Shown here in pieces: positions 56,442 through 64,000 of a stretch of DNA of 64,000 nt. The DNA comes from Patescibacteria group bacterium. GTDB taxonomy: Bacteria; Patescibacteriota; Microgenomatia; UBA1400; PJMF01. The notes below the pieces were generated by a model. It ran no database searches. It was not told the DNA's origin and saw only the letters and a list, made by a program, of their open reading frames with translations. Within the stretch, counting starts at the first letter, position 1, and the number at the start of each line of letters is the position of its first letter. The translations under genes and the position numbers were made by a program. Location of the stretch: NCBI GenBank assembly GCA_049322655.1, contig JBMORP010000006.1, positions 512,410 to 576,409 on the forward strand. Direction: 5' to 3'.

Positions 56442-57350
56442 TTGTATCAATCTGTTTTACAATGTACGAACCTAATAATTAAACCTATGTTAAAAAAACC
56501 TTTTTTTTCCATTGTTACTCCTACTTTAAATGAGGAAAAATATTTACCTCTTTTGTTAGAAGATCTCGCCAAACAAACTTGTACTGATTTTGAGGTGATC
56601 CATGTAGACGGCAACTCTGAAGACCAAACGGTTAAAAAAGCTGGTGAATGGAAAAGAAAAATTTTTTTAAAAACAGAAAAAACAAAAATTAGGAATGTTG
56701 CCTTTCAAAGAAACTTGGGAGCCGACAAAGCTAGAGGTAAATGGGTGATTTTTATGGATGCAGACAACCGTCTGCCAAACTATTTTCTCCAAGGACTAAA
56801 GTACCAAATTGATAAAAATCCTGATGTGGGAGTATTCACTACTTGGATTCAGGTAGAAAAAGACTTACCACTCGGTAAAACCATGGAAAGTGCCATTAAT
56901 TTGGGTTATGAAGTTTATTCACTAATCGGTAAAGATGGTGCGTTGGGAGCTCTAATTGGCGCCAAGGCAGAAGTGGTAAAAAAAATAAAATTTAGAGAAA
57001 AAGCACAGATTTTTGAGGATTCATTTTTTGTTCAAGATGCTGAAAAACTTGGTTATAAATTTCAAATATTTAAAGAGCCAAGATATTTTTTCTCTCTTCG
57101 TAGAGTGAAAAAAGAGGGTAGTTTGAAAATGTTCAATATTGTAGCCAAAGCCCAAATTAATTACATTCTTTTGGGCAAAAACTTTGAAAAAGACAACCAT
57201 GGTTATGTGATGAAAGGAGGTGGTTATTATGATGAACAGTCCCCTTCTCCATTAAAAAATCTACAAAGTTTTATTGAAAAAGCCTCAAGAGACCAGCTAA
57301 CCAGAGCCAAAAAATTATTAAAAAATATTCAAAATCAGTTAGAAATTTAA
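56442..57350 (+). CDS. glycosyltransferase family 2
   Basis: FSIVTPTLNEEKYL...VIHVDGNSED...VIFMDADN (DxD). Confidence 0.8.
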   Translation: MYQSVLQCTNLIIKPMLKKPFFSIVTPTLNEEKYLPLLLEDLAKQTCTDFEVIHVDGNSEDQTVKKAGEWKRKIFLKTEKTKIRNVAFQRNLGADKARGKWVIFMDADNRLPNYFLQGLKYQIDKNPDVGVFTTWIQVEKDLPLGKTMESAINLGYEVYSLIGKDGALGALIGAKAEVVKKIKFREKAQIFEDSFFVQDAEKLGYKFQIFKEPRYFFSLRRVKKEGSLKMFNIVAKAQINYILLGKNFEKDNHGYVMKGGGYYDEQSPSPLKNLQSFIEKASRDQLTRAKKLLKNIQNQLEI

Positions 57351-57410
57351 ATAAAGAAGCCAAATAACTATCACTTAATTGTGAACAAAAAGATATAAAA
57401 GCCCTAGAAA

Positions 57411-59225
57411 CTAAGCTAGATGAGAAATAGAAGCCAACTCCTTAACAGTAGTTGCTTGTTCAACACTTTTATCATCCCTAAAACGTACTAAGCGTGGAAA
57501 TCTTAACGCTTTACCTGGTTTATCCTCTGTTTTGCCAGCAGCGTGAATTTGTGAGTGAGTAATTTCATCAGCGGCTATTTCAACTACTAGTTCTGGTTTC
57601 ACCCAAACGTCTGGATATAAATTTTTATGAACTCGATATTGAGTGGGTTTTTCTTTGGTAATAAAGTCATTGGTTCTTTCTTTAAATTCTTTAAATTGTT
57701 CATCCGATAACCCAGTACCAACTTTTGCTACCGTTTCAATCATGCCATTGTCTGCCACGACTCCTACTAAAAAAGCCCCTAGACCAAAGCCTGCCCTTTT
57801 CCCTCTGCCTGCATAGTAACCCATAACCACACAATCCAAAGTATCACTGAGCTTTCCTCTGTTGCCTTCTACTTCCTTGATTTTTACCCACCGCCAACCC
57901 TTTCTACCGCTTTTATATAAAGAATCATCTTTTTTCATCACTGCTCCCTCTAATCCTTGAGTTAGTTGGTTCTCATGAAAAGCTTTTAATTCTCGAGCAT
58001 CTTGAGTAATCAAAAATGGAGTAGGTACAAACACCTTAGCTGTAGTAAGCATCTTCTCCAAAAGTTTCTTTCTTGCTAAAAGTTGAGTATCAAGTAAAGA
58101 TTGACCATCTTTATACAACAAATCAAAAACATAAAAACGAACTGGAATTTCAGCCGCTTTTTCATCAATGCCATGTTTTCTTCTTCTAGTTGCTGTTTCC
58201 TGAAAAGGTAAAATCTCCCCTGTTTGCTTATCTACCCCAACTACTTCTCCATCAACAATACAATTTTCACAACCGATTTCACTGAAAGCTTTTTTTAGTT
58301 CTGGAAACATCTGTGATGTTTCTTCTAGGTTTCTAGTAAAAGACCTAACTACTTGAGCTTTTTTATCCAAATGAATCTGAATTCTCAATCCATCATATTT
58401 GGGCTCAACAATAACTCTACCCATTTTTTCAATAATTTCTTGAGCTGTATTTAACCGCTGACAAAGAGCCGGCACAATCGGGATTCCTAGCTCTGCTTGG
58501 TAGTTTTCTAGTAAAGTTTGGTCATTAGTATTAGTTAGGTATTCTTGAGCTAAAACTCCAAGATCTGCTTTTCTCTGAAATAGCTCTTCAAGTAAGACAG
58601 AATCTTCTTTGGTCTGCTTTTTTGCCCAAGATAAGGCATCTAGAATGGTCATGGTTGAGAAACCAAGCCTAAGTTTACCAACAACAATTCTACTAACAAA
58701 CTTGGCTGAAACTGGATCTAAACTTTGGAGTAATTTCAAGAGTAAAGAGGTCTTCCTTTCCTGAGAACCTTCTCCAGATTCTTGGGCAATGGTTTTTAAA
58801 TCTTGATAAACCGCCAAAATTGTTTTGGAGTTACCTAATTTTTTACTAACAACCATTAGTACTTCTTCTGTTGTTTTACCAATATCTCCATTGGTTTTAT
58901 AAATCTTATTTACCTTACTTTCATAAAGACTATAATCAGCTTCAGCAAATAGATTAGCCACTGGCAAATCAACTCCATAAAGATCTGGATTTTGAACCAT
59001 TTGCTGAGTTAAAACTCGCAATACCATCGTGGTGGAAAGCTGAAACTCTAAAGTCTGGTAAGCAGGGACTAATTTGCCCAAAGATAAATAGATAGCTGGA
59101 GGTATTTCCTCTTTTTCTAACTTAGAAAAAAGTTCAGCCAGCTGGTAAGTCATCTCTAAACGAGATGAAGTACTTTCTAATTTTTGTAAATGTTGAGCAA
59201 AGTTAGAAAAAAGCATAGAACTCAT
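57411..59225 (-). CDS. ATP-dependent DNA ligase (archaeal/eukaryotic-type, with an N-terminal DNA-binding domain)
   Basis: Motif I EPKYDGLRIQIH, motif IV IVDGEVVGV, motif V WVKIKE; 604 aa. Confidence 0.85.
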   Translation of the reverse strand: MSSMLFSNFAQHLQKLESTSSRLEMTYQLAELFSKLEKEEIPPAIYLSLGKLVPAYQTLEFQLSTTMVLRVLTQQMVQNPDLYGVDLPVANLFAEADYSLYESKVNKIYKTNGDIGKTTEEVLMVVSKKLGNSKTILAVYQDLKTIAQESGEGSQERKTSLLLKLLQSLDPVSAKFVSRIVVGKLRLGFSTMTILDALSWAKKQTKEDSVLLEELFQRKADLGVLAQEYLTNTNDQTLLENYQAELGIPIVPALCQRLNTAQEIIEKMGRVIVEPKYDGLRIQIHLDKKAQVVRSFTRNLEETSQMFPELKKAFSEIGCENCIVDGEVVGVDKQTGEILPFQETATRRRKHGIDEKAAEIPVRFYVFDLLYKDGQSLLDTQLLARKKLLEKMLTTAKVFVPTPFLITQDARELKAFHENQLTQGLEGAVMKKDDSLYKSGRKGWRWVKIKEVEGNRGKLSDTLDCVVMGYYAGRGKRAGFGLGAFLVGVVADNGMIETVAKVGTGLSDEQFKEFKERTNDFITKEKPTQYRVHKNLYPDVWVKPELVVEIAADEITHSQIHAAGKTEDKPGKALRFPRLVRFRDDKSVEQATTVKELASISHLA

Positions 59226-59249
59226 AGTTTCTTTACTTTAACAGAAAAT

Positions 59250-60335
59250 CTAAACTAAGGAGTAACTTACTCCTTTAGTAACTCCCTCTTTCTTGACCAC
59301 TCCTTTTTTGATTAAATCTCTAATATCACGCAAAATAGTATCAACTGAAATATTAGGTAAAACTGCTTGAGCCTCATCTGAAGTGATTTTCCCTTGGTTT
59401 TGCAAAAGTTCCAATAAAATAATTTGTCTTTCTGACAAAGCTACCTGAGAACCAAGCTCCTTTTTGAGCTTAAGATCTTTAGATAACTTTTGGACTTGAT
59501 GTTTTACTTTGTCTATTTCAACAGCCAAACCATAGCAAAAATATTCCATCCAAAAAGTCATATCAACGTTAGGATCCTGTTGAACAGATAGTAAGGCTTT
59601 ATAGTACTGCTGGACATCATTATCAAAGTACTGCTCTAAGGAAAAAAATCTCTTAAAATCGTAACCTAATAAATACAAAACTAAAGTAGCGAAAGCCCTA
59701 GCAGTTCGACCATTACCTTCTACATAGGGGTGAATATAAACCAGTTGATAATGAGTAATTGCTGCTTTAAAAATAGGATGAATCTGATTATTTGGGTCAT
59801 TTAACCAAGCAAATAACTCATTAACCAAAAAAGCTACCTCTACTGAGATTGGTGGCCGAAAAACTACCTTTCCATCACCAACTCCTCTAACAATCACTTG
59901 TTTTTTTCTAAAACTACCCACCTCATCCTCTTCAATCAAGCCATTCATTGTTAAAGAATGAAGCGTATGGAGTGTCGCTAAGTTAAATTCTGGTTTTCTC
60001 TCCAAAGCTTTTTGTTGGTCGATCCAAAGCAAAACATTGCGGTAATTAATTACTTCTTGAATATCTCTTTCTCTAGCAATAACTCCAGTTTTTTCAGAAA
60101 AATCTTTATTATCAAACTCTCCTTTAAAATGAATAACTTGCTTGGCTTGTTCTTCGCTAAGATCATTGCCTTCAATCTTTGTCCCAAAATGAACTGTTCT
60201 AGTCAAGGCTTCATCTCTAAACTTTGCCTCCCAAGCTGGAACTAAAGGAGCGCTATCAATAATTGCCTTGCTAGCCTCAATACTAGCGATGTAAGTCAAT
60301 AAGTTGTGAGTAATTTGAAAAACTGGCTGATACAT
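59250..60335 (-). CDS. Fic family protein (AMPylation/phosphocholination fold) with a C-terminal wHTH-like domain
   Basis: Fic motif HPYVEGNGRTARAF. An inhibitory-helix-like GTKIEGN lies in the N-terminal region. Confidence 0.85.
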   Translation of the reverse strand: MYQPVFQITHNLLTYIASIEASKAIIDSAPLVPAWEAKFRDEALTRTVHFGTKIEGNDLSEEQAKQVIHFKGEFDNKDFSEKTGVIARERDIQEVINYRNVLLWIDQQKALERKPEFNLATLHTLHSLTMNGLIEEDEVGSFRKKQVIVRGVGDGKVVFRPPISVEVAFLVNELFAWLNDPNNQIHPIFKAAITHYQLVYIHPYVEGNGRTARAFATLVLYLLGYDFKRFFSLEQYFDNDVQQYYKALLSVQQDPNVDMTFWMEYFCYGLAVEIDKVKHQVQKLSKDLKLKKELGSQVALSERQIILLELLQNQGKITSDEAQAVLPNISVDTILRDIRDLIKKGVVKKEGVTKGVSYSLV

Positions 60336-60445
60336 TTTGATATTATTCTAGAATAATTTTTGCAAAATATGCAAGGAATTTTAAAAACAACCAACCCAAC
60401 TTTTTATATACCTTCAGATTAATTCCAGTATAATAGCCATTAACT

Positions 60446-60751
60446 ATGTCAAATATTGATCCTCCTAAATCTATTCAAGATATGCCTCTAGTGATCATTA
60501 AAAACATGATTGCTCTAGCCACCAGTGGTTTCGGAGTTGTAGTTGCTCTAGCCTGGAATGAAGCGATTAAAACTACTGTTCAAACCTATATTTCTCCTAT
60601 TTTGGGAGAAAATAGTGGAGTTATTTCTTTATTTATTTATGCGGTAGTAGTCACTCTTTTGGCGGTGATGGTCACCATGCAACTAACTCAAATCCAAAAA
60701 ACTTTGGAAGAAGTTAATGAAACGTTTTTAAAAAACAAAAAAAAGAAATAG
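60446..60751 (+). CDS. small membrane protein (2 TM), function unknown
   Basis: Hydrophobicity; lysine-rich C-terminus. Confidence 0.45.
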   Translation: MSNIDPPKSIQDMPLVIIKNMIALATSGFGVVVALAWNEAIKTTVQTYISPILGENSGVISLFIYAVVVTLLAVMVTMQLTQIQKTLEEVNETFLKNKKKK

Positions 60752-60754
60752 ATA

Positions 60755-61546
60755 ATGACTAAGCCTCAAGAATTTTTCCAAAAGCTCAAGCTTCCTCATC
60801 CTGATTCACATAAGGGCCAAAATGGAAAACTGCTCATTATTGGTGGCTCCGAGCTATTTCATGCCGCCAGTAAGTGGAGTTTAGACATTGCTTCAAAAAT
60901 TGTTGATATGGTTTTTTATTCTTCAGTTCCAGAGAATAACGAATTGATTAAAATAGCCAAGCAAAATTTTTGGAATGGCATTGTAGTTCCCAGAAAAGAC
61001 CTTACAAAATACATTGAAGAAGCTGATTGTATTTTGATTGGACCTGGTATGGATCGATCAATAGAAACAGAAACAATCACTAACAACTTATTAAAAAAGT
61101 ATCAAAGTAAAAAATGGGTGATCGATGCAGGAGCTTTACAAATGCTAAATCCCAAACTTCTAACCAAAACTCATATTATTAGTCCTCACCATCAAGAATT
61201 AGTAAGACTAGAAAAAAACAATTTTTCATTGAAAGATTTTTCTGGAACAGTTCTTTTAAAAGGAAAAACTGACCAAATTTTAACCCCAACCGAACAAATT
61301 AAAGTTACAGGAGGCAACGCTGGTATGACCAAAGGCGGGACGGGAGATGTTTTGGCTGGTTTAGTAGCTGCCCTTTACTGTAAAAATTCAGCAATTACCT
61401 CCGCCACCGTCGGGAGTTTTATCTGTAAAAAAGCAGGAGATCAGCTTTTTGAAAAAGTGGGCCCATATTTTAATGCCTCTGATCTAGTTGAAGAAATTCC
61501 GAGAGTTTTGTGGCAACAACAAACTGCTAAAAAAGTAAATAATTAA
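60755..61546 (+). CDS. nnrD: ADP-dependent NAD(P)H-hydrate dehydratase (YjeF C-terminal domain)
   Basis: LIGPGMDRS and GGTGDVLAGLVAAL signature motifs. Confidence 0.8.
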   Translation: MTKPQEFFQKLKLPHPDSHKGQNGKLLIIGGSELFHAASKWSLDIASKIVDMVFYSSVPENNELIKIAKQNFWNGIVVPRKDLTKYIEEADCILIGPGMDRSIETETITNNLLKKYQSKKWVIDAGALQMLNPKLLTKTHIISPHHQELVRLEKNNFSLKDFSGTVLLKGKTDQILTPTEQIKVTGGNAGMTKGGTGDVLAGLVAALYCKNSAITSATVGSFICKKAGDQLFEKVGPYFNASDLVEEIPRVLWQQQTAKKVNN

Positions 61547-61586
61547 AACTAAAAAATAGTGAACTTATATAAGAAGACCTAGTTTT

Positions 61587-62636
61587 TTAAAGCTTAACTA
61601 CCTTTAAATCTTTAATTTTATTCTTTAAAAACTCCTCAGTTTCTTCATGAGCCGTTGAAATCACGGTTTGGTATTTATTTACTAATTCTAGAACCATTTC
61701 TTGAGCATCCTCATCTAGTTCAGAAAAAATGTCATCTAGTAAAAAAACCGGTAATTGAGCCCTTATTTTCTCAACAAACTGCAACTCTCCCAACTTAAGC
61801 CACAACACCGCCAACCGTTGTTGCCCTCTAGAACCAAAAGCCGCTACATCCCTATTGTGGAGTTTTTCACTAACGAACAACACTTGGAAGTCATCTTTAT
61901 GAGGACCAGTTAATAAGTGGCCTGCAGCGATGGCTTTTTCTCGACGAGAAGAAATATCATTTTCGCTAATTTCAGAAATTAAATATTTGATATTAAAATC
62001 AAAAGGAAAAATCACGGTTCTTAAAAAACTAAAAAACTCTTGTCTTTTGACTTGCAAGTATTGACCATGTTTGACCAACATCATTTCCCAATATTGCAAT
62101 ACTGACCGCGGCTGTTCTCCTTCTCGAACCAACTCAAATAAACGATTAATTCTCTTCAAAGCCTGTTCATAATTATGCAAAGAATGAGCATAATTAAGAT
62201 CAATCGTACTCAAAACACCATCAATAAACGCCCTTCTTCTGCCAGGAGAACCCTCAATCAATCTCATGTCTTCTGGTCTAAAAATTACTGCAAAAAATTG
62301 CCCAACAAAATCTTTTTTTCTTTTTTTAGCTCCATTTAAGGCATAGTGTCTTTTAAGAGTTCTTTTTCCTTGGATTTTTCCTCTAGTCAAAGTTATCTCT
62401 AAAGTATCCTCGTCTATCTTTCCACCCACTCTGGACAAATCTTTTTCAAAAGTAATCATTTCATCTATAACAGAGGCTCGAAAACTATCCCCATGAGAAA
62501 GTAAATAAATTCCTTCCATAATGGTGGTTTTTCCGACTCCATTCTTTCCTGAAAGGAGCGTTCTTTCAGCAAAATCGACTTGTTGCTGAAGAAAAGTTCT
62601 AAAGTCTTGAAAAAGTATAGTCTTGATTACTTGCAT
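61587..62636 (-). CDS. recF: DNA replication and repair protein RecF
   Basis: Walker A SGKNGVGKTTIMEGI. RecF signature GPHKDDF. Walker B VFLLDDIFSELD. Confidence 0.85.
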   Translation of the reverse strand: MQVIKTILFQDFRTFLQQQVDFAERTLLSGKNGVGKTTIMEGIYLLSHGDSFRASVIDEMITFEKDLSRVGGKIDEDTLEITLTRGKIQGKRTLKRHYALNGAKKRKKDFVGQFFAVIFRPEDMRLIEGSPGRRRAFIDGVLSTIDLNYAHSLHNYEQALKRINRLFELVREGEQPRSVLQYWEMMLVKHGQYLQVKRQEFFSFLRTVIFPFDFNIKYLISEISENDISSRREKAIAAGHLLTGPHKDDFQVLFVSEKLHNRDVAAFGSRGQQRLAVLWLKLGELQFVEKIRAQLPVFLLDDIFSELDEDAQEMVLELVNKYQTVISTAHEETEEFLKNKIKDLKVVKL

Positions 62637-62641
62637 ATGAT

Positions 62642-62974
62642 CTATTTTTTAGTTTTCCAAGCATACCAAAATCTAAAAAATAAATAACATAAAACTAATT
62701 GCCAAATAAGACAAAAATACTTGATCCAAAACCATAAAAAAGTTTTTAATGTTTTTAATTCAGGAAAAAACTCAAAAGCTCCCAAAAAAACAAACACTAA
62801 CTTAAAAAACAAGAGTATTAAGATTGGAGAAAAAATTAAAATTTTAAATAAATCCTTTCTAACTAAAAACTGCACTGTTTGGTATGGGTGAAAAAACAAT
62901 CCCTGAATTACTTGAAAAACAGAAAATCCCAAAGATGATGACCAATAAGATATTTTTATCACACCATTTTTCAT
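62642..62974 (-). CDS. hypothetical membrane protein (110 aa, 3 TM)
   Basis: Hydrophobicity only. Confidence 0.4.
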   Translation of the reverse strand: MKNGVIKISYWSSSLGFSVFQVIQGLFFHPYQTVQFLVRKDLFKILIFSPILILLFFKLVFVFLGAFEFFPELKTLKTFLWFWIKYFCLIWQLVLCYLFFRFWYAWKTKK

Positions 62975-63153
62975 AAATAATTAACTCTTAATAACGACAA
63001 AGCTGCAGCCACTCCCAAAACGATTTTCCACATGTGAATAATAAAGTAACTAGCAAGACCACTTAATGAACTAGGTAGTAAGTGAGTCTGCTCTAACTTG
63101 GCTTGACGTTTTGCTTCTGTTTCTAGAACTTTTAAGAATTGCTGTTCTTTCAT
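62971..63153 (-). CDS. 60-aa single-TM protein, candidate minimal anti-sigma factor
   Basis: Start overlaps the sigma-factor stop. N-terminal charged helix plus one TM. Confidence 0.35.
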   Translation of the reverse strand: MKEQQFLKVLETEAKRQAKLEQTHLLPSSLSGLASYFIIHMWKIVLGVAAALSLLRVNYL

Positions 63154-63728
63154 TAGTCAAGGTACCCTTTGGCCAAATAAATTTCTTTAAATTCTCTTCT
63201 GGCCCTAAACAAATCGGCTTCAACAGCTTTAACTGTTTTTTTTAGTTTTTGAGCAATTTCAGTCACTTTTTTCTTATCAAAGTATTTCAATAACAATAAG
63301 TTTTTATAATCAGTTCTCATTTCATTCAGCACCTCTTCAACTTTGTCATTCAATTCGCTAGAACCCAACAGTGGTTTCTGTAAAATTTCTTCAAACAAAG
63401 GAATTACTTTTAAAGCTTTTTTTGCGTATTTCTTTCGGTAAAAATCAGCTATTTCATGCAATAAAATACTAGTCATCCAGGTTTTTAACTTAGACTTTTC
63501 TTGGAAAAGATGGATTTGCTTAAGAGCATTAATAAATGTCTCTTGAACTATCTCTTCTGCATCCTTTTTGTTAGCTACTTTTTTTAAAGTTAGCCTTAAA
63601 AAACTTGGAAAGTAGTTTTTATACCAAGTCCTAACAGCTCGCTTATCACCAGCTTTTAGTTTTTTAACTAAAAGTGTTGGCTCTTTTATTTGCGGTAGAA
63701 CTGATAATAGATTCTTATTATTCACCAT
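63153..63728 (-). CDS. RNA polymerase sigma-70 family ECF sigma factor
   Basis: Region 2 DAEEIVQETFINALKQIHLFQEKSKLKTWMTSILLHEIADFYRK and region 4 HTH (KKVTEIAQKLKKTVKAVEADLFRARREF). Confidence 0.8.
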   Translation of the reverse strand: MVNNKNLLSVLPQIKEPTLLVKKLKAGDKRAVRTWYKNYFPSFLRLTLKKVANKKDAEEIVQETFINALKQIHLFQEKSKLKTWMTSILLHEIADFYRKKYAKKALKVIPLFEEILQKPLLGSSELNDKVEEVLNEMRTDYKNLLLLKYFDKKKVTEIAQKLKKTVKAVEADLFRARREFKEIYLAKGYLD

Positions 63729-63755
63729 AATTTTACTGTTATAATAACACTAACA

Positions 63756-64000
63756 TGTTAAGTTCTTTGATTGCGCAAAATGTAGGAGGTGGTGGAATTG
63801 ATCTTGGGTCAACTCTTACTCTGGGAGATGGCCGAGCTGTTAAGGATGTTTATAAGACTCCAGCAGATTTAGTCAATCTATTAGTTCCAAACTTGTTTAT
63901 TATCGGTGGAGTTATTATTTTTGGACTAATGTTAATTGCTGGTTATAAATTTATTTCCGATTCTGCTAATGCCAAAAAAGAAGCTTTGGTTATTTTCAAA
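63756..64000 (+). CDS. partial ORF (5' end), small Gly-rich membrane protein, possibly pilin-like
   Basis: MLSSLIAQNVGGGGIDLGS...LFIIGGVIIFGLMLIAGYKF; truncated by the window end. Confidence 0.3.

Noticed and set aside
59250-60335. Fic protein as the toxin of a FicTA toxin-antitoxin pair
   Set aside because: No small upstream antitoxin ORF is present. The inhibitory-helix-like motif is within the same polypeptide, so it looks autoinhibited rather than paired with an antitoxin.

Overview
AT-rich (about 30-35% GC), gene-dense bacterial window read with the standard genetic code (TGA acts as a stop). The gene content suggests a Patescibacteria/CPR-like organism: an isopentenyl phosphate kinase (the archaeal-type mevalonate branch), an ATP-dependent DNA ligase, many glycosyltransferases and tightly overlapping genes. 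This is an inference from the sequence, not a database result.

Layout:
- 1-2165: the 5' two-thirds of a 23S rRNA on the minus strand.
- 2392-2465: a tRNA-Ala(TGC) on the minus strand, with no 16S gene adjacent.
- About 2.6-4.9 kb: housekeeping genes, including ribosomal protein S1.
- About 4.9-38.1 kb: a very large cell-envelope glycan locus.
  - A priming phosphoglycosyl transferase and a Wzx-like flippase.
  - Four Wzy/O-antigen-ligase-like membrane proteins.
  - About 12 GT-B/GT2 glycosyltransferases, a GT26 TagA-like enzyme and a GT-C (PMT/ArnT-like) enzyme.
  - A Wzm/Wzt-type ABC exporter.
  - A DegT aminotransferase, an SDR epimerase/dehydratase, a Gfo/Idh/MocA oxidoreductase and a PIG-L deacetylase.
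  - Two unusual paralogous modules built around QueC-like PP-loop ATPases. One sits with a PqqD-like RRE protein, an S24/S26 peptidase domain and a 43-codon ORF. The other sits with a MazG-like NTP pyrophosphatase, a CmcI/TylF-like methyltransferase and a group-II PLP decarboxylase.
- 38.2-42.0 kb: a tandem array of four paralogous secreted or anchored proteins. They are Cys-rich, with Pro/Thr linkers and poly-Ser tracts. They share a conserved N-terminal anchor motif and a conserved C-terminal LPxSGPEDW-plus-hydrophobic-tail motif that looks like a sorting signal. One paralog needs a -1 frameshift at an A_AAA_AAG site.
- Remainder:
  - tRNA-Ile(TAT) and a MacAB-like exporter.
  - An MFS transporter and a membrane-anchored DUF87/T4CP-like ATPase.
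  - Lgt and NagZ.
  - Pth, a Fic protein and RecF.
  - An ECF sigma factor with a tiny candidate anti-sigma.
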